This document shows, piece by piece, positions 9,184 to 18,674 of a stretch of 64,000 nt of DNA (its first letter is position 1; each line of letters starts with the position of its first letter). A program made the translations under genes and the position numbers. Origin of the DNA: an uncultured virus (IMG/VR IMGVR_UViG_3300037420_001751) (Duplodnaviria > Heunggongvirae > Uroviricota > Caudoviricetes); the IMG/VR virus record IMGVR_UViG_3300037420_001751; one strand, 5' to 3'. Below the pieces are notes generated by a model. That model was not told the origin of the DNA, made no database searches, and worked only from the letters and a program-made list of their open reading frames with translations.

Positions 9184-9529
9184 TGACCTCATCTCCTTTC
9201 TTTTTGCCTTCAGCGATGGCCGCTTCGAACAGCGGCTTCAGCTCCGGCCACGCTTCCATGTCGCGATAGCTAATGCTGTCGCGGTGGCGGACGGTGATGG
9301 ACTTGCCTCCGCCAAGCTGGAGAACGGGGAGATGGTCTTCTCTGGATGGTGGACGCCCGTCCAGAAGGAAATATGTGGGTGGGTTGGTTTGTGGCTTTCT
9401 GCCACCAGGATTCACACTGACGAACATCGTCGGTTTGCCTTCTTGAAAAAACTTCTGCAAACTGACGGTGACTTCGCCGAGCGGAGTCTTGATGCAAATA
9501 GCTCCTCTATCAAGCAAAATATTTCTCAT
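9176..9529 (-). CDS. hypothetical protein
   Basis: CACAGGAGCACA leader upstream. Confidence 0.6.
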   Translation of the reverse strand: MRNILLDRGAICIKTPLGEVTVSLQKFFQEGKPTMFVSVNPGGRKPQTNPPTYFLLDGRPPSREDHLPVLQLGGGKSITVRHRDSISYRDMEAWPELKPLFEAAIAEGKKKGDEVNV

Positions 9530-9685
9530 TGTCTGTGCTCCTGTGTTTAGGTACTGCGCACGGCTGTCACGCTATCGCGTCAGCGTTCGGTCCAATAGCT
9601 CCGGCTGATTACCCCAGCCTCGGCGAGACGTGATCGAAGCCACTGAGTTGGCATAGGCTTTTCCTTGTCCCACTTCAGGACTTAC

Positions 9686-9847
9686 TTACGCCACAACAGC
9701 CGCGTTGATACATGGACGCAGCAGCCACAAGAACCCAGCGGTTCCTTTTGCCCAGGCGCATTGTTCCCAGACTACCAGGAGGGTTGCCACCGTAACCGTG
9801 TCTCTGTGACTGATTACCCGCTGGGTTTTTGTAGCTACTGCATCCAT
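9686..9847 (-). CDS. 53 aa hydrophobic peptide, possibly from a leaderless mRNA
   Basis: ATG lies 7 nt downstream of a -10 box, no SD. Confidence 0.35.
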   Translation of the reverse strand: MDAVATKTQRVISHRDTVTVATLLVVWEQCAWAKGTAGFLWLLRPCINAAVVA

Positions 9848-9853
9848 GTAACA

Positions 9854-9900
9854 AGCTTAGAAGCTTTGGGAGGGGAACACAAGACAAAACAAAAATTATT
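9854..9900 (-). promoter_or_regulatory. sigma70-like promoter with UP element
   Basis: ATTTTTGTTTTgtcTTGTGT-17 bp-TAAGCT. Confidence 0.55.
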
Positions 9901-10100
9901 TGTGATTCACCGATGCGTGGCCGCAGGTACAGGAGCACGAAAGCTTAAAGCATTTCCAATGCTCATTGCCTTTGCAAGCAGCAGAAACTTTGCCGTTGCC
10001 CTGTCCAATAGCGGCGTGCTGGACACGACCTTTCTTCTGGTACCCGGGCCGCTTGTACTTCAAAGGTTCTCCAGCTTTAGCTGACTTGATTGATGTACGC

Positions 10101-10508
10101 TTAAATGATGCCAAGGACAGCCTCCGCATCCATCACTTCGCTGCTCCACGCAGCGTGTATTTTCAAGTCTTCTAGAATCATGCCGTCGCGCAGGGCTTCA
10201 AAGTTTCGACGGAACAAGTACCACGTGCGCCCGAGTTTCAGCAGAACAGCCACGTGGCCTCCGGCCATGCGTCTCTGGGTCAACCACAAGCACTGCTCCG
10301 CGCTCAACCCAATACGAACGGGAGTGCGCTCCCTTTTAGGGAGCTTACTCTCGTCAAATTGTTTTGCCTCGATCCAGACTTCTTTGCCCTTGTAGCAGAT
10401 GTTGATGTCTGGGATGCCGACCGACAAAGAGTCCTCAAACCGCTGCCAGTGCGCCCCCAGCCGGTCGACATGCTTCTTGAAGGTGTGCCGTGCGGACTGT
10501 TCGCTCAT
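10101..10508 (-). CDS. PD-(D/E)xK nuclease (VRR-NUC / Holliday junction resolvase-like)
   Basis: GIPDINIC...VWIEAK, LSAEQCLWL..R..AGG. Confidence 0.75.
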   Translation of the reverse strand: MSEQSARHTFKKHVDRLGAHWQRFEDSLSVGIPDINICYKGKEVWIEAKQFDESKLPKRERTPVRIGLSAEQCLWLTQRRMAGGHVAVLLKLGRTWYLFRRNFEALRDGMILEDLKIHAAWSSEVMDAEAVLGII

Positions 10509-10723
10509 TCTGGTCTCCGGTCGATAAAGAAATCGAAGTCGCGAGCTTTGCGGCGGGTGTAGATCCAGAAACGCCAAGCACGTGTGGGCGGTGTGACTTT
10601 AAGATTTATGAAGTCAAATGCCACTCGCTTCCACCACGGCCAATTCTTCGGGTCTACCCGTTCGCCGTGATGCCAGCTAGTGAGCGGGAGGTTCTTGTAA
10701 AACTGATACCTACCGATGCGCAT
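10505..10723 (-). CDS. small Trp/Arg-rich hypothetical protein
   Basis: Tiles between flanking genes with short overlaps. Confidence 0.45.
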   Translation of the reverse strand: MRIGRYQFYKNLPLTSWHHGERVDPKNWPWWKRVAFDFINLKVTPPTRAWRFWIYTRRKARDFDFFIDRRPE

Positions 10724-11393
10724 ACTTCTCCTTCTTCTCTTCCCACCATTTTCGGACTTGCGGTACTAAATCTGGATGGGTGATGCCGGGGTGCGGCCAG
10801 AACTCCACTTCCGCACGGCACATCGCAATACGGAAATCGCACGCGATGATTTCGCTGATCGCCTGATGCCAGCCCTGGTTATACCCCCGCTTGATGAAGG
10901 GTATTTCGCGCATCGTAATGTATTCGTCTTCGAACTGGCCGTACGCAATTTTGCCCGGCTCCAAGCGGTTTTCCATGTGGGATTCGACCAGGTGTCCATA
11001 TTCGTGCGCTGCGAGGTAACGCGTCATTGCGGGGTGGGGTGGAATAGATTTGCCCTGTACCTCGATAAACGGAAAGAAGTTGGTGTAGCACTTCTTTTCA
11101 TCATCGTAGCTGTCCCAATCACTCTCAAACCCTGCGCACGCGTTCATCCGGTTCATCTTCTCTACCGGCAGAACAATGACAGTAGTTTCAAAGTCAATTG
11201 GGAAGACTTCTGCGGCTTGCTGCACGCGGCTGAGTAGCAGACTAGTGTCGTGCGGATAAGCGAAGGTAGGGTCCACGTTGGCGCGACGCGAGCTACGCGA
11301 GGTGAAATCGTGCTTGAAAAAAGCTTTAGTGCCGTCCTCGCCTCGGTCCCAGAGCAGGTCTTCCCGTTTTATTTCAACCAGCTTGACCTTCAC
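10710..11393 (-). CDS. HExxH zincin-like protein
   Basis: LAAHEYGH and downstream EIIACDF; GTGA overlap with the exonuclease stop. Confidence 0.55.
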   Translation of the reverse strand: MKVKLVEIKREDLLWDRGEDGTKAFFKHDFTSRSSRRANVDPTFAYPHDTSLLLSRVQQAAEVFPIDFETTVIVLPVEKMNRMNACAGFESDWDSYDDEKKCYTNFFPFIEVQGKSIPPHPAMTRYLAAHEYGHLVESHMENRLEPGKIAYGQFEDEYITMREIPFIKRGYNQGWHQAISEIIACDFRIAMCRAEVEFWPHPGITHPDLVPQVRKWWEEKKEKYAHR

Positions 11394-12100
11394 TGCTGCA
11401 CCACCTTTGTGGCGAAGCCGCACTCCTTGACTTCTTTTTCCACCTGTGACTCTTTCAGGTTCTTGAGCCACTGTTTCGTGTCCGCCTTCCACCTGTATCC
11501 TCGCGCACTGGCGAGGGTGCGGTTGTCGTAGGAGACCAAAGCCTGAAGGGTGACAGCCGGCTCCTTACTAAGTCGAACAACATCTTCGATGTTGTACTGA
11601 CTTAGTACCTTCATCATGGTGAGCACATCGAAGACCGCGCGGTGGGCGAACGGGTTTAGGAATCCATGCTCCGCGGCCAGGTGCACGAGTTTGCGGGTTT
11701 TGACACGATCGGGGTACGGGACATCCACGCTGGTATCGATCCAGTGGTGCGGGAGCATAGAGGTTCCAAACTTATTGCACTCTTCCGTAAGGAAAGGCTT
11801 GTCAAAACCGATCGCGTTGTGCGCGACCACGTAATCCGCTTCCTCCGCGATGTGCATTAAGTCGCGGCGGTAGACCAGCTCGAACGGTTCGCCGTGGGCC
11901 TCCAGCATCGATTGGGTGATGCCGGTGATTTGGACGATTTCATCCGTCAGCTGAGGCGTCTCCTCATTGAGCACCAGATTGCTCATGATGCGCTCCGGCC
12001 GCTGAGTTTCCGTATCCCACAACACCGCGCCGATTTCGGTGATGTAGTCATTTTTGAAGTCGAAGCCGGTTGTTTCCAAATCCAGGCCCAGCAATCTCAT
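11390..12100 (-). CDS. DEDDh 3'-5' exonuclease (DnaQ-like)
   Basis: LDLETTG, VAHNAIGFD, AHRAVFD. Confidence 0.9.
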   Translation of the reverse strand: MRLLGLDLETTGFDFKNDYITEIGAVLWDTETQRPERIMSNLVLNEETPQLTDEIVQITGITQSMLEAHGEPFELVYRRDLMHIAEEADYVVAHNAIGFDKPFLTEECNKFGTSMLPHHWIDTSVDVPYPDRVKTRKLVHLAAEHGFLNPFAHRAVFDVLTMMKVLSQYNIEDVVRLSKEPAVTLQALVSYDNRTLASARGYRWKADTKQWLKNLKESQVEKEVKECGFATKVVQQ

Positions 12101-12474
12101 AGATAGTAGTATCCCTGTTTCTTACGGAAGCCGAGCCTCCGGTAGAATTTGACGCTGGAGTCGGTGGGCAAAACTGAAATTTTGCCCGCGAACTTCAGCC
12201 TTATGAAGTTAACAATTCGTGTGCCCCACCCGCCGCGCTGGCAGTCGTCGCGAACCGCCAGGTATTTCAAGTAGAAACCATTGTCGCGCTGCAGCAATAC
12301 GTAGGCTCCTACCATTCGCCCATCCCAGCGCACGACGCAGAGGGGGGAACCTGGGTACTGCGCGTGGAAGTTGAGTGCCCAACGGATGATTTTCGCGCTT
12401 TCGGAGCCCAGCAACGCCCAGGCTTCTAGGGTGCGAACATCACGCCTTGTTGCATACCTGACCTGAAACGGCAT
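12097..12474 (-). CDS. GNAT acetyltransferase
   Basis: YLAVRDDCQRGGWGT (motif A) and SVKFYRRLGF. Confidence 0.8.
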   Translation of the reverse strand: MPFQVRYATRRDVRTLEAWALLGSESAKIIRWALNFHAQYPGSPLCVVRWDGRMVGAYVLLQRDNGFYLKYLAVRDDCQRGGWGTRIVNFIRLKFAGKISVLPTDSSVKFYRRLGFRKKQGYYYL

Positions 12475-13126
12475 CCGTCACCAGCGAATCGAAAAGTTCG
12501 ATACCTTTCATCTGCAATTCAATGACACTACGTTGGGAAATGGAGTAATCGTACACGGCGTCATCCAGCGCGGTCTCCGACGGGTGCTTATCCGCTTCCG
12601 TCCCCAGGCTGAAACCCGGGCGCTCCAGGTGAATCGTCCAGCCCCCGCGTTCTTTTACGGCAGCGAATTCATTCGGGAACCGGGTATCCGTCAACAGGAC
12701 GATACCCGGTTCCTCGCTCTCGATAGTTGCCCACATCGAGTTCACCCAATAGTCCGGGTTCTGAGCACGGCGGTACTCAGTGCCCCACCATTGCAAAAGG
12801 CGGCGGAATTTACCGTACGGGCAAAGCGGATCCGTCAGGTCAGGAGACGTTTCAATATAGTTCACCAGACCCAGCTCCCGCGTGAGCGCCAGGGCGGCGT
12901 TGATGTGTTCTCCGCGGGAAACGTCGATCCTCGCGCTCAGGTTGCCGGTCTCGTCCCGCCAAGCCTCCAGCAACGCATTGCTGACCTCGCGCTTCAGGTT
13001 GTCCGCATGTGCGTAACGCCGGATATCGAATCCGAACTTGGATGATTTGCCGCGTGTCCGGATTAAAAACTCAGCCAGCGTGTCTTTACCCCGCTGCGCT
13101 TTATGTCCAAACGAGAGAATGATCAA
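12440..13126 (-). CDS. deoxynucleoside monophosphate kinase
   Basis: P-loop GHKAQRGKDT, RRLLQWWGTEYRR, TDTRFPNE, HPSE. Confidence 0.85.
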   Translation of the reverse strand: MIILSFGHKAQRGKDTLAEFLIRTRGKSSKFGFDIRRYAHADNLKREVSNALLEAWRDETGNLSARIDVSRGEHINAALALTRELGLVNYIETSPDLTDPLCPYGKFRRLLQWWGTEYRRAQNPDYWVNSMWATIESEEPGIVLLTDTRFPNEFAAVKERGGWTIHLERPGFSLGTEADKHPSETALDDAVYDYSISQRSVIELQMKGIELFDSLVTDAVSGQVCNKA

Positions 13127-13413
13127 GCTACGCGCTCCTTTTTCTTGTGGTTGTTGCTGCCGGGCGCCCCAAAGCTGGGACGGATACCGTTGTCCTCGCT
13201 GTAGCGCTTTCCGGTCTTATAGCCTTTGTACTTCTTCCCCGTTTTGCGCTCGCGGTACATGCGCTGATACCAACGGTTCGTTTCCAGGCAGGGGACGCAG
13301 TACTGCTCGGACTTCGAGCGGCCGCGTTTCTTTCCGCACTTGCGGCAGCGGCCGCGTTTCATCAGAGATTTCTGGTACTTCACCTTACGCTGGGTTTCTT
13401 TGTTCCCCATCAT
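13123..13413 (-). CDS. basic Zn-finger protein
   Basis: CRKC..CVPC, very K/R-rich. Confidence 0.55.
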   Translation of the reverse strand: MMGNKETQRKVKYQKSLMKRGRCRKCGKKRGRSKSEQYCVPCLETNRWYQRMYRERKTGKKYKGYKTGKRYSEDNGIRPSFGAPGSNNHKKKERVA

Positions 13414-13946
13414 TGCACCTCGTCGTAGCGCCGGCCTTGATGACGAGCGTTGAGCTTTTCGATGTTCTTTGACATGATGTAAAGCGCGTGCCGCATGTGC
13501 ACGTGTCCGGAAATAAAGACGAGGCAGCATGCCATCTCGACCAGCACGTTCAGCAGCTCCGCCTCGCTGCGCTCACGGTACTTCGTCGCATCCTTTTTGA
13601 GCAGGTCGCTGAACTTTCCGACATGAAGGATGAGAAGACGTGTCACCTGATCCTCCTTTATAGTTCGATAAGGACGGCGATACGCCTCTTCGTAGATCTT
13701 GTCGAGGCTGAATCCGAGAAAGGACGAAACGACCGCATGATACCACATCACGTCACCGAGTTCATCACGATCGTTGGGCTTGGCCCACAGCTCCACGACT
13801 TCGGATACCATCCCATGCGCCGCGGTGTGGAGGACCTGGAGGGGCGATTCCTCCAGATAAAACTTCGACTTGAAGGCTTGACACTTCATTTGGTAATCGT
13901 CGAAGTCCTTCAGCTTGTTGATGTCGTAAAACGTCTCCTGACCCAT
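13410..13946 (-). CDS. MazG-like nucleoside triphosphate pyrophosphohydrolase (tandem, second half degenerate)
   Basis: FDDYQ, GMVSEVVEL, DELGDVMWY, C-terminal KNIEKLNAR. Confidence 0.75.
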   Translation of the reverse strand: MGQETFYDINKLKDFDDYQMKCQAFKSKFYLEESPLQVLHTAAHGMVSEVVELWAKPNDRDELGDVMWYHAVVSSFLGFSLDKIYEEAYRRPYRTIKEDQVTRLLILHVGKFSDLLKKDATKYRERSEAELLNVLVEMACCLVFISGHVHMRHALYIMSKNIEKLNARHQGRRYDEVQ

Positions 13947-14518
13947 TAGGCAACCCCTCCTTGGTCCTTGATGGCGTCTGCATCGTCTGCATGTCCATCG
14001 GCTTGCGAAACCGATCCCAGCCCTGCGTAACAGTACGGGCAGTCGGGGACGGAAAGATTTGCGGGTCGCGAAAACGTCTTCTGACAGCGATCGCAAACGT
14101 ACTCCTGGGAGGGAACCTCAGTGGTCGCGAGACGATTCAGGTAGTCGCATGCAGTTTTGACATCTGTGTAGATGCGGCTCGCGTGATATGCCATCCACGG
14201 CGACATACTTCCGAGGTCTCCGACCACAACGATCATTTTTCCGCACGCGTGAGCATACAGGACTTCCATGGAAGTACCCACGCTGATTTTCCAGGGGTTG
14301 ACCAGGAGGATGTCGCTGTTTTGAATATCATTTTTGTCGCCTTCGACAATAATGCGGTCGTCGACTCCGTACACCCAGCCCGAACGATAATCACGGACCA
14401 TTGGGTTTAGGATGCGATAGTTTTTGCCCAGCATCGCGGAAGCGTTGTCCCGCCAATCCGCGGCTTGTTTGTCGTCGCAGCCGGCCATTGGGCCGGCGAG
14501 ATAGACGGTTTGCTTCAT
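13946..14518 (-). CDS. nucleoside 2-deoxyribosyltransferase-like protein with C-terminal Zn ribbon
   Basis: VYLAGPM, D..DIQNSDILLV, SVGTSMEV; CDRC..CPYC. Confidence 0.8.
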   Translation of the reverse strand: MKQTVYLAGPMAGCDDKQAADWRDNASAMLGKNYRILNPMVRDYRSGWVYGVDDRIIVEGDKNDIQNSDILLVNPWKISVGTSMEVLYAHACGKMIVVVGDLGSMSPWMAYHASRIYTDVKTACDYLNRLATTEVPSQEYVCDRCQKTFSRPANLSVPDCPYCYAGLGSVSQADGHADDADAIKDQGGVA

Positions 14519-15069
14519 TGGATGCTCTCCAAACTCTTGATAGCTTTCTCCAGCTTCTGCACGCTGGCCTGTCGGTTTTCGATTTCTGTTGTCAGCCGTT
14601 TGATTTCGTAGCCTCCAGCCTTGATCGCCCGCTCGTGCTCAGCGATCTCCTGGCGCAAGTTTTGGATGGCTCCCGGTAATCCGCGGCTGTTGCTGCGCGA
14701 TACCTCTACGACTTCCGGGATCGGTTTCATACGGACAGTCTTAGGAGCGTGTCCGTGGAAATACGAACGCCCCACCATCACCGCTCCAGCGCCCAGGCGC
14801 TTCGTGCAGAGGGGCTTACACGCGCAACGCACCGCCGGGTCCCCGGGATTTAAATCGCGCTGCTTGCGCATCGGGGTACCGGCCAGCTTGATTTCCTCTG
14901 CCGAATACGGGGTGTTGTCGAAAGTTTCCATAATCCTTTTCACAACCTCGTCGGTGTTGACTGTCTTTACTTCGTCCTTGAATACCCATGGCTGGAGTCC
15001 GAGCTTCGCGCGGTACTTGTTGACGTCCGCGTGCGCTTGGTCAATGAGACGTTGAAAATCACCGCGCAC
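14515..15069 (-). CDS. hypothetical protein with Cys/His cluster and C-terminal coiled coil
   Basis: CAC..LC..YFHGH; N-terminal motif shared with 15059..15304. Confidence 0.55.
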   Translation of the reverse strand: MRGDFQRLIDQAHADVNKYRAKLGLQPWVFKDEVKTVNTDEVVKRIMETFDNTPYSAEEIKLAGTPMRKQRDLNPGDPAVRCACKPLCTKRLGAGAVMVGRSYFHGHAPKTVRMKPIPEVVEVSRSNSRGLPGAIQNLRQEIAEHERAIKAGGYEIKRLTTEIENRQASVQKLEKAIKSLESIQ

Positions 15070-15304
15070 TTGCTTTCTTCGCCTTCACCTTTCGGTTAAG
15101 TCCCATCAGTCGAAGGTTGATTTCTTCCGGCGAGCGGCGCTTGCGAGCTTTGTCGTTCACCGCATCAAAGTCATACGGCGCGAGTCCGTTCTTCGCACGC
15201 CATTCTTGTACATCGGCGTGCGCTTGGGCGATAAGCCGGGCGAACGGGCTCTCTTCTTTGACAACTTCAGGTTCTTTGATGCGTGCGGGTGCGGGTGCGG
15301 CCAT
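15059..15304 (-). CDS. hypothetical protein
   Basis: RLIAQAHADV..WRAKNGL.P motif shared with the downstream gene. Confidence 0.55.
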   Translation of the reverse strand: MAAPAPARIKEPEVVKEESPFARLIAQAHADVQEWRAKNGLAPYDFDAVNDKARKRRSPEEINLRLMGLNRKVKAKKASAR

Positions 15305-15305
15305 G

Positions 15306-16109
15306 TCAGATTTGTCCGTTCTTGAAGGTGATTTCGTTGTAGCCGTCTACAACGTTGACTTCTGCATCCTGATATAGGGCCCGGAAGTGCGCGTACAGGT
15401 CGGGGAAAATCAAGTCCCCGAATACGAAGCGGATTTCCTCTTCCGCCGACCGATGCGAGCGCTTCATGGTCATGAAGCGGAACATGCGGTGGTTGGCGGT
15501 GAGGACGATGTGATTCGTTTGTCCGTTGGGGCAGATGCGGCGGAAGGCACTAGTCAACTTTTTCTTTGTGCCGAAGTCCTTCATCTGATCGATCCCCCAG
15601 ATGGCCTCCAGCTTCAGATAGGCGCCCTCGATCGTCTGAATCGTCTGTTCGATTACTTTGTAGGTTTCGTCCTGTTGGAGCTGACTTCCGAAGGCGGTAA
15701 ACAGGCGCGGATAAAAGAACCGGATTTGGTCAGCACGTACATAACGTCCGGAGAGCTGCGAGAAAGCCGTCCCGACACGGTGCCGGACAAGCTCGTGCGT
15801 GAATACCCGCGACACGTCCATGATGGCGTAGGTGACGGTAGCGTGCTCCGTAACGGAGCCGTGCTTGGAGTTGATAATGTTCTCGAGATAGACCTCATTG
15901 CCTTCCCGTACCTTGGTCACGTTCTTATTCAGCCCCGGCTCAAAGGACAGGTAACACAAGCGTCCGGAAACTTCGGCGAGCTTGCTGTGTTCGTCCTTAG
16001 CATCGGTCGTCCAATCGGGGACGCCCAAATGCTCGAGCATGGCTTGCAAGCCCGGCTCGTGGATTTGAGTTTGGGCGATGCGAAAAACCTGTGGTTGAAC
16101 TAGCAGCAT
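15306..16109 (-). CDS. thyX: FAD-dependent thymidylate synthase
   Basis: HGSVTEH, SRVFTHELVRHR..FSQLSGRY, SAEEEIR. Confidence 0.95.
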   Translation of the reverse strand: MLLVQPQVFRIAQTQIHEPGLQAMLEHLGVPDWTTDAKDEHSKLAEVSGRLCYLSFEPGLNKNVTKVREGNEVYLENIINSKHGSVTEHATVTYAIMDVSRVFTHELVRHRVGTAFSQLSGRYVRADQIRFFYPRLFTAFGSQLQQDETYKVIEQTIQTIEGAYLKLEAIWGIDQMKDFGTKKKLTSAFRRICPNGQTNHIVLTANHRMFRFMTMKRSHRSAEEEIRFVFGDLIFPDLYAHFRALYQDAEVNVVDGYNEITFKNGQI

Positions 16110-16128
16110 GTGCGCAGCTTAGTTGCTT

Positions 16129-16341
16129 CTAAGGTAAGTTGCAAGGCACCTGTGGCGCTTGGGATTGCGCAACGTTCGCAACAGGGACAGCCCCAAGTCC
16201 CTTCCAGTCGTAAGGAATGCGCTGTGCGCAATCCAAGCAGCATACGTAGCTACGCGTAATGCTGCCGTTGCGCTCCGTGAAGACACGGGTTGTGTTCTCG
16301 TGCAAGCACATCCCGAGCAGTAAACGGACCATGTATTTCAT
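16129..16341 (-). CDS. small Zn-binding hypothetical protein
   Basis: CLH..CLDC. Confidence 0.45.
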   Translation of the reverse strand: MKYMVRLLLGMCLHENTTRVFTERNGSITRSYVCCLDCAQRIPYDWKGLGAVPVANVAQSQAPQVPCNLP

Positions 16342-17831
16342 TTTCTCTCCCTTGGGGTGTAGATGAACTTCAGCTCCTGCTTCGCGCGGGTGACCGCGAC
16401 GTATTGCAGGTTAGTTTCCTGCTGCTGTTGCCAAGCTTGCCGTGCGTACTTAGAAGGCATGAGGAACTCGTCCAGGATGTATACGCGGTTCCATTCCAGG
16501 CCTTTGGCTTTGTGGACCGTGCACAGCGTTAAGCACCCATTCTGCACGTCGCTAAACAGACCCTCAATTAAGGTAATGAGCGCGGGAACAGTGCGATTCA
16601 TTTCCGGCAACTGCTCCACAAACACCCGCACCGTGGTGACTCGGTCCTCGAGCTGCGCGGCTTTGCCCTCTTGACCCTTCGCCATGAACTTGGCGGATTC
16701 GCGCTCGAAGTATGCATCGAGCCTGTCCAAAAGGCTATCGATATCCCGCGCTCCCATCTTCTTGATCAGATTCACCAGCCCCTGGCCGATTTCCCGCCCT
16801 AGGATACGGCAGGGAACCGACTCGCGTAGGATGGTATAGGCGGTGGTGACCAGCGGTGCGGTGTTGCGGCACAGGATGGCATCATCTTTGGTGAAGTCTT
16901 TAGGTTGCCACTTTTCCAGCGTCTGAACCACGCCCTGCGCAGCGGTCGGGGATGCTTCAATGTGGTTGACGTATTCCTGCGCCTTGCGAACCACAAGCTG
17001 CGGGCAACGATAGGACACCGTGAGCGGCAAGGTAGTCATACCAAACTCCTGCTTGATGTTCTCCACCGCCTGGATGTCCGCGCCGCGGAAGCCGTAGATC
17101 GCCTGGTGCGGGTCTCCGACCGCGATGAGTCGGCCTCCGGCCTTGAGCGCCCGCTTTAGCATCGCGCGTTGGATGGCATTAACATCCTGCGCTTCGTCCA
17201 CGAACATGAAGTCATTCTGCCAGAACTTTGCCCGCATGATAACGGGCATGTAGAGCTGGTCGTTAAAATCGATGACCTTATCGGAGCACTTAATGCTGAT
17301 TGCCAGGGCTTCCCGGCACACTTGCACCAGCTCCTCGATCGTGATACGATCATCCACTTCAATGTCGTAGTACTCAAGCGTTTCGCGCCACCAATCGAAA
17401 TCATCCTCGACCAAGCATACGGCGCCCTCAATGTTGTGAGGAACGAGCCCGCACGCTTTGGCTAAGCCAATCAGTTTCAACGCGGCGACACGATAAACAC
17501 GGAGCTTCTCGCTCCCTAGCATGGACTCGAGGATAGCGTTCATCTTGTCCGCGTCTACGCGCACGCGGTTTCCAACGTGCTTTATCCACGCTGAGTATCC
17601 GAGTGCGTTCAGCGTCTTGGCTTGCACGTGCTTGGGAAGACGCTGCGATAGCTCCTCCGCGATGTGCTTGTTGAAGGCGACGAAGGTGCAGCTCCGGTAA
17701 GGCGGGATGAGCTTGGCGCACTCGACGATGGTCGTGGTCTTGCCGCTGCCCGCGACGGCTTCGACAAACGCCGAGCCGCGCCCACTTTTGACGAACTCGA
17801 AGATGGCTTGCTGGTAAGTGCTGAAGTTCAC
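16338..17831 (-). CDS. superfamily I (UvrD-like) helicase
   Basis: AVAGSGKTT, VDEAQD, VGDPHQAIYGFRGA, TVHKAKGLE, YVAVTRAK. Confidence 0.92.
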   Translation of the reverse strand: MNFSTYQQAIFEFVKSGRGSAFVEAVAGSGKTTTIVECAKLIPPYRSCTFVAFNKHIAEELSQRLPKHVQAKTLNALGYSAWIKHVGNRVRVDADKMNAILESMLGSEKLRVYRVAALKLIGLAKACGLVPHNIEGAVCLVEDDFDWWRETLEYYDIEVDDRITIEELVQVCREALAISIKCSDKVIDFNDQLYMPVIMRAKFWQNDFMFVDEAQDVNAIQRAMLKRALKAGGRLIAVGDPHQAIYGFRGADIQAVENIKQEFGMTTLPLTVSYRCPQLVVRKAQEYVNHIEASPTAAQGVVQTLEKWQPKDFTKDDAILCRNTAPLVTTAYTILRESVPCRILGREIGQGLVNLIKKMGARDIDSLLDRLDAYFERESAKFMAKGQEGKAAQLEDRVTTVRVFVEQLPEMNRTVPALITLIEGLFSDVQNGCLTLCTVHKAKGLEWNRVYILDEFLMPSKYARQAWQQQQETNLQYVAVTRAKQELKFIYTPRERK

Positions 17832-18073
17832 GCTGGGACTCCGTTCGTGTGGTCTACAATGACATGCCACTTTGCGCGGGGGTGTTTGCGCGTCACCTCA
17901 TCGCGCATGTACTTGATCTTTGAGCCCAGGCCGGGGCCGTAGAGGGTGTTGACATGCCACTTCCCGCCCGTGATAGAGACCGCAAACTCATTGCGACCAT
18001 TAAAGAACCGATGGTAGATGCGTAACCGCTTATTGCTGACGCGTGCATCATAGATTTTGGTTGCTTGCAACAT
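17828..18073 (-). CDS. hypothetical protein
   Basis: CACAGGAGCACA leader upstream. Confidence 0.55.
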   Translation of the reverse strand: MLQATKIYDARVSNKRLRIYHRFFNGRNEFAVSITGGKWHVNTLYGPGLGSKIKYMRDEVTRKHPRAKWHVIVDHTNGVPA

Positions 18074-18122
18074 ACTGTGCTCCTGTGTTCAGGAATCCGC
18101 TTACGCGTTTTCCTAACTACAG

Positions 18123-18371
18123 CTATTTTCCAGCAGCGGCCTTAGGCTTAGCAAGACAAAAGTTAAGAAGCTTTTTGTTAATGTCTTCAACGGCACGATA
18201 TGCAGCTTGCTCTCGCTGCTGTGCCTGTTGCAGGATGGCGGCGATAGCTTGGGAACGCTGGTGCGCCTCCGCGTAAGCGGCACGAGCTTGTTTCAGCTCA
18301 GAGTTGATCTCTTTCAAGGTGGGGTGAACCACGGTAGGGCAATACCTCCATCTGCGTCGGTAGATGCTCAT
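18123..18371 (-). CDS. small coiled-coil protein
   Basis: Ala/Gln-rich helical ORF with ATGA overlap. Confidence 0.5.
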   Translation of the reverse strand: MSIYRRRWRYCPTVVHPTLKEINSELKQARAAYAEAHQRSQAIAAILQQAQQREQAAYRAVEDINKKLLNFCLAKPKAAAGK

Positions 18372-18646
18372 CGTTTTTGAAACTCGGCCAGCTTTTCAAG
18401 ATCGTCGAGGGACATCCACGACGTAAGGATAGAGAACTGCTGCTCGCGACTCAGGTGTTCTAGCGATTTCAGCAAGCTGCGCACTGCTTTGTCGCGTCGC
18501 GAACAAATCTCGTGAATCTTGCTTATCGCCGACGAATTCTTTGCCACAAATTGGTCCTCACAATGCGAAAGGCGGTACGTCGCGAGGCGCCGTACATTCG
18601 GGCGTACCGCCAGTCCTTACGAATTGCTTTGAAGAATGACATGATT

Positions 18647-18671
18647 AAAATGGGGGCGGTAGCCCGCCCCC
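18647..18671 (-). terminator. intrinsic terminator
   Basis: GGGGGCGG-GCTA-CCGCCCCC-ATTTT right after the stop of 18675..18974. Confidence 0.7.
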
Positions 18672-18674
18672 TCG

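Noticed and set aside
16114..16126. GCAGC-TTA-GTTGC upstream of thyX as another UAA-loop hairpin
   Set aside because: Has an A-C mismatch on the coding strand; likely chance
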